A program made the position numbers and the translations under genes. The notes below the pieces were generated by a model. That model was not told the DNA's origin. It worked only from the letters and a program-made list of their open reading frames with translations, and did not search any database. A stretch of 64,000 nt of DNA, from contig NC_042997.1 in assembly GCF_006345805.1 (NCBI RefSeq), positions 19,964,001-20,028,000 of the forward strand. The letters run 5' to 3'. Positions within the stretch are counted from its first letter, which is position 1. Each line of letters begins with the position of its first letter. This stretch comes from Octopus sinensis. Lineage: Eukaryota. Shown here piece by piece: positions 39,241-51,009 of the stretch.

Positions 39241-39926
39241 TTTCAACAGCTAGATTTTTTATATTTTTATGATTTTTATATTTTTATGATTTTTAATATT
39301 TTTATGATTTTTATATTTTTATGAATCTATAGACCTTGGTGCAAATTGACTGGAAACTTTGGGCCCACCAAAACTGTTCCCGATTGGGCCCCAGACCTCC
39401 CAAGTCTGGCCTTGTCTAATGTAGTCCCACCTTCCCTCTCTACTATAGTTCTACTCTTCCTCTCTGCTGTAGTCCCACTCAGCCAAAGAGAATCTCTGTT
39501 TCATAACCTACATGGTGACCCATCTAGTGCTGGTGCCATGTAAAAAGCACCCAGTACATTCTGTAAAAGATTGGAATTAGGAAGGGCATCTAGCCATAGT
39601 AACTATACCAAAGAAGTAGATATTGGAGAATTTTGTAGTCCTCTAACACAATTTTTCCTCACAAAAAATTAGTCCCATCTTAGCATGGTAGATGGACATT
39701 AAAGATGGTGACAATGGAGATGATGATTATAATGATGATGATAATAGTGCATTAAATATTTTTTAATGGTCAACTTTCTTAGCAGTAAGGAACATGTTCT
39801 CATAAATGGAAGCCCTGTAAAAATTTGGATACAAATCATGATTACTAGCTCAATATTCTAAGTTAGAATATAATAACGACTATTCTAAGATCATGTATCT
39901 CAGTAATAATTTGTCTCCCCAAAAAA

Positions 39927-40290
39927 GGCAGTGAGCTGGCAGAATCATAAGCATGCCGGTCGAAATGCTTAACAGTATTTTGTCTGTCTTTACGTTCTGA
40001 GTTCAAATTCCGCCGAGGTCAACTTTGCCTTTCATCCTTTCGGTGTTGATAAATTGAGTACCAGTTACACACTGGGGTCAATGTAATCGACATAATCCCT
40101 TTGTCTGTCCTTGTTTGTCCCCTCTATGTTCAGCCCCTTGTGGGCAATAAAGAAATAAGAATCGTTAGCGAGCTGGGCAAACTTTGCCTTTCATCTTTTC
40201 AAAGCAGCACTTGAGCATTGGGGTCAATTTAATCAACTTACCCCTTCCTCTGAAATTGCTTGCCTTGTGCCAACATTTGAAACCAATAAT
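39927..40290 (+). mobile_element. SINE group B followed by a partial second copy
   Basis: Full copy to about 40158, then gaatcgttagc and ctttgcctttcatc re-start. Confidence 0.85.
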
Positions 40291-40523
40291 TTGTCTCAAA
40301 AACATCTTAAATTTAGTGTCATATTTAGAAAACAAAAAAAAAAACCCTAGTATCTGAAGCACTGGTTAACAACTTTTCTTTTTACTGCAATAAATCAGGT
40401 AAGTTTGAATTTGGTTGATTATATTCAGCTTAGCAATACAAACAGACACAGTATCATAACACACAGACAAAGAGCAATTTTGCAACCAGGTATTCCAAAG
40501 CTGAATATTTTGAATATTTTCAG

Positions 40524-40752
40524 TTGTTTTCATCTCTAAGCAGATGTTTGTTCTTTTCCTTTTTTCTTTATAAAGATATCTCTTCTGTTCTTCATGAATT
40601 CAATTATTTATACAAAGATATTGATATTACTTACTTTTTTAGGTTAGGAACAATTATTGCCAATTCTAAACAAAACAAAATAAAGCAAGAAACTCAGAAG
40701 CATAAATTTCCATCAGCTGACCAAATAATACAAAGATTTTTTTTTTATGAAG
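40524..40752 (+). CDS. Candidate 229-nt exon (product unknown)
   Basis: Open frame runs exactly from the ttttcag acceptor to an AAG|GTATGT donor; an upstream CAG|GTAAGT donor at 40399 would define a 125-nt intron; T-rich bias could explain the open frame. Confidence 0.3.
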
Positions 40753-42452
40753 GTATGTGAAAAGAAAGAGAAAAGCATATCTGCTAATCTTAAGAAATAA
40801 ATTGCAATAGACATGTTACGTGTCTTTTGAAGATTTGTACGGTTAAATAAGATTTGCTTAGTAAAGTATTAAAAATTGTCTGATTATATTTTACAGCCAA
40901 AAATGTTTCCACATAAGATTGAAAACTGTTCTGCCAAAATGAATTTAGAAAAGATTAATTTTCAAATTCAAAGAATTTTGCAAGTCTTTTTCATGACTGT
41001 AGTTTCTGTCCAGTCCCACTCTTTGACATGTTGGTTAACTATTTTGTACTCCAGTTCTAGTAGATTCGGTAGATGGAAGAGGAGAAAGGCATGTTGTGTG
41101 TGTGTGTGAATATATATGTTTTCTCATCACCTTTTCATGACTTTGCATGCCAATTGTAAGCAAGCCTCACTGTCATACAAGCAGTGTTGATCATTTGCAA
41201 TTTTCCATGAAATCACATTCAACCATTGTGGGATCCATGTTTTAAAGACTAAGGGAAGTGTTACCTTAACTGGAAACAGGTGGGATATGGTGACAGGAAG
41301 GGCTTTCAACTGTAAAAATTCAGTATCAACAAATTTTAGTTGACCTGTGCAATTATGGAAAAGGAGATATTAAAATGTTGACAGTGAACAAAGGAAACTT
41401 ACCATTAAAGTGATACCTATTTCTAGAGTAGCAATGTGAAGTGGGTTCCACTGGTGAGAGACTAGAGAGTGAGAGAGGTGGATTTATGCAGAAGAAGAGT
41501 GGTTCGTATCTATGTTCTCATCTACTTGCATAAAGCCACTTCCTTGTCAACTGTAGCACCACTCAAAGGGGATCTTCATTTACATGCAACCTCGTTAGTG
41601 CTGGTATCATAAAAAAACAACAACCAGAGCACTCTATAAAATAGCCATAAAAACCTTGCCAAAGCAGGCATTTGAGCTTTATGCAGTCCTCTATTCTGTA
41701 TGATCTTGTCAAATCATTCAATCCATGACAGTATGGAACCTGGATGTTAAAAGATTGTGAAGATGATGATGATGATGTCTCATTTATATTTATTTAGTCT
41801 TCCTATAAAATTAGACACAATTGATGGCTCAAAAGTATTTCCAGAAGCTTTGGAGTAAATATTAATTAAACTCACTAGTTTTGCTCTCCTCCTAGTATCT
41901 CATCCACTCACTGATCCTTTCCAAGCTACCATGCACTTATATATATGTATATTTATCATCAACTCCACTAATGAATTTTTAATGAGTTGTGTCTGTCACA
42001 TTCTTGTTCACATTTTAATAAGTAGAGCTCTGACACAATCATTTTGCAATATGGATGGGAGAGATGAGCAAATGATGATAAACTGTAAGGTTAACAAGTT
42101 ATTGGTAGTTCAATTCTCATTTCAAGTTACTCAGAAAAATACGTGATCTAATCGATTTTACAGTAAAACTAAATACATATGGGTATAACTCCTCATCATC
42201 ATATGTTTCACTTCTTGCACGCTTTCTGGATGCCCTTTCTAACACCAACCTCTTTACAAAGCAAACTGAGTGAACTTTACTATGGCATCAGCACTAGAGA
42301 GGTTGCCATGTCCCCAACAAAAGCAAAGAGCTTTCTCGATCCTATACTCTGCTCATTTGTCAACTAGTTGTTTTGAGAAAATTTGGTTTAAATGTTTGAC
42401 AACTCAGCACCGTCTATTGGACGAGGGGCGTTTTACTCGATTATGTATATAA

Positions 42453-42494
<42 letters not shown>

Positions 42495-42593
42495 CAGAGT
42501 AAGCACATAAATGTGAAACAAGGTGGAAAAAATAGTATACGAATACCAGAGGTAAAGTAATATGCTTTATTGAAAAGCAGCAAAAATATCACA

Positions 42594-42638
42594 AAAACTG
42601 TTACTCTGAGTTTCACATTCCTCTTCATTAGACAGTTT
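42594..42638 (-). ncRNA. Minimal type I hammerhead ribozyme, mutated core
   Basis: AAACUGU-CUAAUGA-agaggaaugu-GAAA-CUCAGAG-UA-ACAGUUU; core G changed to A and stem II disrupted. Confidence 0.7.
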
Positions 42639-43503
42639 CATTTAGAATGGAACAAAAATATGGTTATAAGCAAACATATACAACTAGTTTAATGGATACA
42701 CATTTGAAAATGGTTTTGTTTCCCTGGTCCTTTCAACTAACGGTCTTTACAATGACCAGTTGCATGCAATGAACAAATTTCGGTATAAAATCATCTCGTT
42801 ATGAAATCGAAGAAAACCTTAAATCAAAAACAGCTTATAAAGAAGGACAGAGACTAAATACCCAAGGTAAATAATTATTCATAAAATATTAATCAATTAA
42901 TACATTAAAATTTATATCCATTTAAAAAACTTTACACGGATTACATATACATTTAGCAGTATATGCACATACCAAACCATCTATAATATATGTATATACA
43001 CTAAACCACACAGATGCATGTACATAGCTACATACATATACAGGTGCATATAGGCAAGACATATATATATATATGCACACATGCACACACATAAAATATC
43101 CTGGCATACAAGTTAGTTGTTACAGGTGAAAAAAAGAGAAGGAAAAATCAGAAGATATTAAGTATGGGGAGGAGAAAGAAAACAGTGGAAAAGAAGAAAA
43201 CGAAAATAAAAGAAAGAGAAACAGGGAACTAGCAAGAGAAAGGGGGAAATAGATAGGGGCAGAGAGTACTACATTATGACACTCGAAAGTAATCAACAAC
43301 TTTTGGATATTTCATATAGTTTGCGCAACGAACACACAAAAAAAAAACACACATAAAATTACATATATATCTACACAAGTATAAATATACGCATATATGG
43401 ATGCACAAACAAATATTCAAAAATACAAAAATATGTACGCAAATACATTCTCACATATATAAAAATATACACACATATATTATGTATGCATAAATATATA
43501 TAC

Positions 43504-43599
<96 letters not shown>

Positions 43600-43988
43600 G
43601 CATATGTATACATACATGCACATGCATGCATATACATACATATACTTACCTACAATATATGCATACACATAAATATATAGAGACATATCTACATTATAAT
43701 GTATATATGCAAACAACTTTTAAAAACTGTTTGGTGTGTATAATATTAAAATATAAAATAATGAAATTGTACATTAATTTGATGTAACATAATTAAATAA
43801 AATAAAAATAAAAATAAAAATAAATCTCAGTGAAGCTTAAGCTTAAAATTAAATTTATAAAACAGTTGAAAGCTTTCTTAAAAATGAAGTCGAAATATAC
43901 ATTAGCATTGCAATGCAAAATAACTATACTGTGTAAAGTCAAATTCAAATGTGACAGTCAAAAAATATATTCCGAATGTCAAAACAGC

Positions 43989-44650
43989 TTACCCAGACAG
44001 TATTTTGTTGGTTGAAATTTTAAATTTTATGGCATGCCTGCAGGAATTTAAGAGCTTGCATCTCTGGTTCAAAGCATTTTTATCCTGGAACAAGATGAAG
44101 AACTTTGCTGAGAGGCAAAGATTGCATTTCATAGGTTTTTTTATAAGCTCCATGTCTGTATGCTGATGTTTTTACTAGAATTTTTCAAGTTACATTGAAT
44201 AGACAGGTGTCATTCTCTTTCAATTCCCACACATGTTTTGCAAGACTAGTCACTGTCCTGTTCTCAGGGTATAGGAAAGAATTTTGGTGGGAATAGAATT
44301 GAGTCTTGAATGAATTCTCTGAAACCCTTGTATATGTTTTATATTCTTGCGAGCCATCTACTTGAACTTTGGTTCTATAAACAATACCTTTTCCAACAGA
44401 CAGCAAATCTCATCTTTTCAGATATAGTTCCTCAGATTAGATTTGGTACTGTAGTTGTCTGTAATAATTTTTGTGTTATACTGGCTAATAAAACAGACGA
44501 AGTTTTTGCAACAAGAATAGCTAACTTTCAGCATTCTTCTATTAAATATTCTATAGAACTTATGGCTAGATTGAAAATGCTTAGAAACTAATTTTAAGAA
44601 TTCCCTACCTGTATTAGTTTTTACAGCCATATTGAATGCGAATTAAACCA
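43989..44650 (-). pseudogene. Penelope-like ORF C-terminus: GIY-YIG endonuclease
   Basis: WFN, VKTNTGREFLKLVSKHF, KVSYSC, GIVY, SENSFKTQFYSHQNSF, TSLAKHVWELK, CNLCLSAK, LNQRCKLLNSCRH; frameshifted. Confidence 0.9.
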
Positions 44651-44759
44651 CAAGACTGTTAGTTGAAAGGACCAATGAAACAAAACCATTTTCAAATGTG
44701 TATCTATTAAACTAATTGTATACGTTTGCTAATAACCTTACTTTTGTTCCATTCTAAAC

Positions 44760-44805
44760 AAAATTGTCTGACGAACGTGAAAGTGAAACTCTGAGTAACA
44801 GTTTT
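44760..44805 (+). ncRNA. Minimal type I hammerhead ribozyme, intact core
   Basis: AAAAUUGU-CUGACGA-ACgugaaaGU-GAAA-CUCUGAG-UA-ACAGUUUU; 8-bp stem I, near-palindromic stem III, predicted GUA cleavage after 44797. Confidence 0.8.
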
Positions 44806-45429
44806 TGTGATATTTTTGCTGCTTTTTAATAATACATACATACATATAGATGTGTGTGTGTGAGTGTGTGTGTATGTGTGTGTGTGTGTGTGTGTGTACA
44901 TGGTAATATATTACTTATCTGTTCTACTTTCTGGGGTTTTACAGAGAGAGTTGTCATTGCATGAAATTTAACAATTAATTTGCACTTAATATTTTAGCAT
45001 TTTCTGATAATACCTGACCTATATTTTCTGCTTAATAATATCTCTTTGTCCTGAGAACCTTTAGAGAACAACTTCAATCTTTTTTTTTTCAATTATTAGT
45101 TCTTACATTTTTCCTTTACACTTATTTTTCTTCCTTTGTCTTAGCTAAAAGCATTTTGAAATTGCCTTCAGCATAGTGTTTTATCTTCCTCTAAGATATG
45201 TTATTTGTGGTTACATCATTGTTCTATCAAATACAGTTTTCTTGAAATTTTTATTCTTTTATTTTGCTCACTCCATGAGGGTTATATATCATTTCCATTA
45301 ATCTTCTTATGTGCTTTTCCCTTTCTACTCTTTTACCTACATCTGTACATTTCTTTTAAGCTCTCACATTTTCTTTCACCTGGAAACATATATGTATATT
45401 CGTATAGTAATACGCACACACACATATAT

Positions 45430-45452
45430 CGATAGATGGATAGATAGATAGC

Positions 45453-45493
<41 letters not shown>

Positions 45494-45520
45494 GGATAGA
45501 TATGTAGATAGGTAGATAGG

Positions 45521-45591
<71 letters not shown>

Positions 45592-45602
45592 GTAGATAGA
45601 TA
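45430..45602. repeat. (GATA)n microsatellite
   Basis: Direct reading. Confidence 0.95.
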
Positions 45603-45966
45603 GATTCTAAAAGCATGCATTAGTGTTTATGTATTTGACAACCTATCCTAGGATATAGATTTCTATATAACTAACATTTTCATTAATAGATGGCTTGAGA
45701 CTCAAGGAAGCTACTTATTTTCAGAGAACATTCATATGCCTTTTAGAAGAAATTTAATTTCAAAACTTGATATAAGTTCTATTGTCTACAGGTAGTAAAC
45801 CAGTACTATTAACAACAGTTCTGTTGAAACAAGTTACAGAGATCCTAGGTGCAATAGTGTGTATCTAATTACTAGAACTAGAACTAAGCTTTGAATCTGA
45901 AAAAATCTGTTAACAATTTGGCCCATCTTTCTACAAAAAGGTACCATGTGATGAGCCATTTGTCTA

Positions 45967-46359
45967 TTAACCCTTTTGTTACTGTATTTATTTTTAGACG
46001 CCCTGTGTTTCTTTAAATTACTTTAAATATAACAAAAATTTAGTAAAATAACTTAATTATCATTCAGTTAGTTTTAGGAACATAAATTGTGACTAAGGTT
46101 TGGTGGAAGATTTGCCTTTCATCCCGTTGGGGTCGATAAATGAAGTACCAGTTACACACTGGGGTCGATGTAATCAACTTAATCCGTTCATCTGTCCTTG
46201 TTTGTCCCCTCTGTGTTTAGCCCCTTGTGGGTAGTAAAGAAATAGGTGTTTCATCTGCCGTTACGTTCTGAGTTCAAATTCCACCTAAACTTATGAAAAT
46301 AAGACATTTGTACTCAGTGCCAGAGCCGGTTTCAGCTGGGTTGGTAATGAAAGGGTTAA
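45967..46359 (-). mobile_element. piggyBac-type MITE, family F, with SINE-B junction fragment inserted at about 46111-46286
   Basis: TTAA ends; reverse complement of the 34894 copy. Confidence 0.85.
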
Positions 46360-47773
46360 TGGGAGCCAAAATGCTGTGTAAGTGTCAAGTATTTAAATAC
46401 TTACTCCTAAGCCCAATTTTCCTATGAACAATCCTCTGATATTCTACCTATAAATGACCTGTCATTTACTCAGAGCCATGAAAGCTGGCATATGTTCCTT
46501 CAGGCTGCAACAATTGCTTATAAAAGGTATAAATAAGATAGTATGTAACAGGATATCCTATTGTATATAGCTACATCAATAACAAATATTGTGTTATTGC
46601 AGACTGAGTTTAACAATAAAGAAATAACTACGTCCACTTTCAGAAGCAGAATCATGTCCATAGAAAATTTTAAAAATAACTTAAAACTTCTAAACACATC
46701 TTAGTTGTGGCACTCCGTCAGTTACAACAATGAGGGATCCAGTTGATCCGAACAACGTGAAATTAATGGATTTATATATGAGTGTGAGTGTGCTGTAAGA
46801 CACCTTTGAGTGATAGAACTCATATTTTCTGTCAGAACACGTGTTAAGAGATGAATCCTCAAATGAAACGCATTCAGTTTCGAAACAAAATGGCATCTAT
46901 TTTCAAGGTGCAAGAATTTTAAGAAATTTTATCTGATATCACCAAAATGGAATTTCATTCATTCTTTATGCCATCCACATTTCATACTATGTGACAACTA
47001 TTGCAGGAAATGGCTTGACCTGTCTCTTGTATATTTAATTTGCAACAGGAAAGTTCCTACAAGTCCATCAATGACAAATATTTTGAGTGACATAGTGGCG
47101 TTATTTTACGAAGTCGAAGTTGTATATGATATTAAGGTATTTAGATATTAATATATCTGGGCTACAAACAAATATGTTTCACATTAATTTTGCATTGTTT
47201 GCATTTTGTTGCAGGTTTTTGTTCTGTTATATCCTTTACATGTTAATGACGGTTGTTTCATTAAGCTTTAATTTGTGTCTTACACAGAGTTCTCTTGTGA
47301 AAAGTGCATACTTTAGATACGTACCTGGTAGGAATGTATTATGCTCCACTTGAAAATGTTCTATATAACATATTAATCTATGTGAGTATGTATGCATCAT
47401 CATCATTATCATTGTCATCATCGTCATCATCATCATTGATGTTGTCATCAACTTCATCATTATTATCGTCATCATCAGCAGCAGCATTTTAATATCCCTT
47501 TTCCATGTTATTCGTCATATGGAAATTGTTGAGGTTGATTTTTTCTATGATTGGAAGCCATTCCTGTCACCGACCATTATCTGTTTCTAAATAAAGTAAT
47601 ACTCTCCCATAGCAAGACTGTTTTCACAGAGCACTGGAAATGAAGGACACCTCAGTATGACAGTGACCAGTTTTCATCAATCAAATTTACTCACAAGTTT
47701 TTGGTCAGTGTGTGACTACAGTAGAAGAAACTTACCTAAGGTGCCATACAGTGAGATTGAATCTGGAACTGTA

Positions 47774-48689
47774 AGAGAGCTGATCAAAAAGTATCAGGAT
47801 TTATGTTATAAAAACAAAGCTGCCACACATATCAATTCAGCATTTAAACTCTTTTGAAGTAGCTCCCTTCTAAAGCCACACATTTTTTCTAAGGTTTCCA
47901 TTGATAGAAGCATTCCTGGAAGGCTGCGAGCTGGCAGAAACGTTAGCACACCAGGCGAAATGCTTACAGTATTTCGTCTGCCATCACATTCTGAGTTCAA
48001 ATTCTGCCAAGGTCAACTTTGCCTTTCATCCTTTTGGGGTCGATAAATGAAGTACCAGTTACACACTGGGGTCGATTTAATCAACTTAATCCGTTCATCT
48101 GTCCTTGTTTGTCCCCTCTGTGTTTAGCTCCTTGTGGGTAGTAAAGAAATAGGTATTTCATCTGCTGTTATGTTCTGAGTTCAAATTCTGCCTAAGCCAA
48201 CTTTGCCTTTCATCCTTTCGGGGTCGATAAATGAAGTACCAGTTACGCACTGGGGTCGATCTAATCAACTTAATCCCTTTGTCTGTCCTTGTTTGTTCCC
48301 TCTATGTTTAGCCTTTGTGGGCAATAAAGAAATAAGAAGCATTCCTAGAACTCCATTTTTGAGGATAACAAGCAGCTGCCTCATCACATTCTCTTGGATA
48401 TCCTTGATGTCTAGAAATGTTGTTCCTCTCAAGTGTGATTTGATTTATGTCTTGGTTATGGGGTCATAGCCACAGACCCACAATTCGTCACCTGTTATGA
48501 CTGTTTTCAAAATGCTTTTGCCTTAGTCATCGCAATGGAAATCTTGTGCAGCAGAAACCTGACCTTTTTGAGATGATAACACTCAACACACTTTACTTCT
48601 AAGCACTGCTGTAAACAAACAACTTCACTCTATGTACTTTAGCTCTGTTCTAATAGCAACAATTTCAATACATTTTTGATCGAACCTCA
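47774..48689 (-). mobile_element. Internally deleted mariner inserted in a SINE A
   Basis: TA-flanked TIRs (gatcaaaaagtatc / tacatttttgatc); VITGDELWVCGYDP and KKCVALEGSYF remnants; SINE A halves at about 47660-47773 and 48690-48718 rejoin across the TA. Confidence 0.8.
47918..48334 (+). mobile_element. Dimeric SINE group B
   Basis: A full unit plus a head-truncated unit within one 12-bp TSD AGAAGCATTCCT (47906-47917, 48335-48346). Confidence 0.9.
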
Positions 48690-48730
48690 TATGGTTTGGA
48701 AGCAAGCTTCTGAACCATACATACATACAT

Positions 48731-49281
48731 GGTGGCTGCCCCCTCGTTATCGAGTATGGCCATTGCACGAAGCTTAATCAATGTTGTTATCGTGCAATGC
48801 CTGTGCAAGAAGATTTTTTTTAAGTGGGGAAAGCTGTGCACTGAGTCAATCCCACTCACTAAGCAGCAGCAGCCATAATCCGAAAAGAACGAGTCAACAT
48901 CATCAGTAACCACTGAGCCACAGGTTTTATGTCAGAGTTATCCCAATTACCTGAGCTACATTCTCCTAGAAGGATACCCTAACAAAGGCTAGGAGTCCTT
49001 CACTTCCAATGGTTTAACCGTGCGATCGGGTATTCAGTCCGATTATTTCTATGTCCCTGCACATGATACAGCCTTAAGACATTTACTGGATGGCCGTTGA
49101 CTCTCAAGAGTTCCTCCACCCTTTGACAGGTTTTGGTTTTTCATCCCACAGGGTGTCCAATAAACACCCTCCTCACCAAGCAAGCTTGGTGGGGTTGCCA
49201 GTTTAGTCACCGACGACCCGACCATGCAACAAGTTGTACTGGGTTACATGTTACCAGTAGCACTCGAAAGTGATCTGACAT
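48731..49281 (-). mobile_element. ~550-bp non-coding retroelement, probably an internally deleted (bipartite) RTE
   Basis: GC-rich island between (CATA)n tracts; ends recall RTE-BovB-type UTRs (from memory); no ORF. Confidence 0.5.
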
Positions 49282-49905
49282 ATAAAACATACATACATAC
49301 ATACATACATACATACATACATACATACATACATACATACATACATGCATGCATGCGTACATACATACATACATGCATGCATGTATGTATGTATGTTCAC
49401 TACCAAGAATACCCACATATCAGAGAAAGATGAATGAAGTATGAAGAGTTGATGAGAAGAGATTCACAGATTCAACAACACTTAGAAAATGCAGTTTTTC
49501 TCCTACTGAAGCCATATGCTGGGATGTAGCCAGAATAGATAATGGGATACTACCAAAACACAAGATAAGATAAAACTAGAATACAGAATCTCAAGTACAA
49601 ATTATCAAAAATATAAATTAGAAACTTCACACTGATAAAATTCTTATATAACTAATGTGTATTTGGCAATCTTTTACCAAAAGATACACAGAGTGTTTCT
49701 ATGCTTCCCTGTCACTTATTTACTTATACTTACCAGCTATATATTGTGGTAATTCTATTTCTTAATTTAGCATCAATGCATTTGTATTTCGAGCTTTCAG
49801 TCGAATGCAACTTGCCATTTGAAAGATTCAGTAAATATCGCTTTTAATGGAAAAAATTATATCACTGATAGAAGCAGCTAGACGTAAGATTAAATTTAAA
49901 AAAAA

Positions 49906-50159
49906 AACTCTTTTACTCTTTTACTTGTTTCAGTCATTTGACTGTGGCCATGCTGGAGCACCACCTTTAGTCAAGCAAATCAACCCCAGGACTTATTCTT
50001 TGGAAGCCTAGTACTTATTCTATCGGTCTCTTTTTGCCGAACTGCTAAGTTACAGGGACATAAACACACTACCATCAATTGTCAAGCGATGTTGGGGGAA
50101 CAAACACAGACACACAAACATATACACACACATACATATATACATATATATACCTATAC

Positions 50160-50243
<84 letters not shown>

Positions 50244-50378
50244 CGACGGGCTTCCTTCAGTTTCTGTCTACCAAATCCATTCACAAGGCTTTGGTCAGCC
50301 TGAGGCTATAGTAGAAGACAATTGCCCCAGGTGCCATGCAGTGGGAATGAACCCGGAACCATGGGAGTGTGGAAGCAA
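49906..50378 (-). mobile_element. SINE group A
   Basis: Reverse complement of 5180-5612 with expanded (TA)n. Confidence 0.85.
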
Positions 50379-51009
50379 GCTAACAAATCGCCTGGTATGT
50401 AGCTAGCAAGTTACATACCAGGTGATTAGTTGCAGAATGTTATAGGCGAAAGTCATTTGGCAAATTGTTTCATGCTACATAATAAAAAAATTGTAAATAT
50501 TAATTACAGCTTCATCAAGCAGTCACAACTGAAATGTATTCCACAACACTGCATCAAGAATCTCTGCCCTATCATTGGCTTTAGAAGGTCCTCAATTTTA
50601 TGTTGAGTGGTCTTCATCCTCCATTAGGATGCAGAAGTCTCAAAAATATAACACCTGATGTGGCCACTTTTTCAACACAGTAGTAGTGGCTATCAAAGCT
50701 TGCTCTCCCTTAAGCAAAAATAGTAGAAATGAATGGAATATGAACACAAATTTCTTGGGTCACATGTTCATGCTATGAAGATATTTTGAGCCTTCATGAG
50801 AAGCCCATTGTATGTATCATGAAAGAAATCTTAAAACTCCTTCATAGTCCAGATTTCAGAATCATAGAAAAAGATAACCCTGCAGAATGCAAGTGCTGTT
50901 GATTTTGAAATGCTTGGTTGTCTGATGTTGTGACATTCGTTAACTACAAAATTGTTGTATTTGATACATTCACATTAGACACAGGAGTGGATGTGTGGTA
51001 AGAAGCTTG

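Larger units (their letters stand above)
37802..39414. mobile_element. Non-autonomous hAT element with nested insertions
   Basis: Imperfect TIRs cagggctggcctt / aagtctggccttg; subterminal gggcccc motifs; 8-bp TSD tctaatgc / tctaatgt. Confidence 0.7.
42492..44832 (-). mobile_element. 5'-truncated Penelope-like element with sense 3' pLTR and inverted 5' pLTR copy
   Basis: ~180-bp inverted arms 42567-42746 and 44653-44832; GIY-YIG remnant between them; microsatellites outside both arms; AATAAA after the hammerhead in the sense arm. Confidence 0.85.

Noticed and set aside
44180-44430. Selenocysteine recoding of in-frame TGA codons in the PLE ORF
   Set aside because: The TGAs fall at a Trp and a non-Cys position of a frameshifted relic, no convincing SECIS helix could be built, and the C-terminal EN plus hammerhead is not the Naiad architecture.
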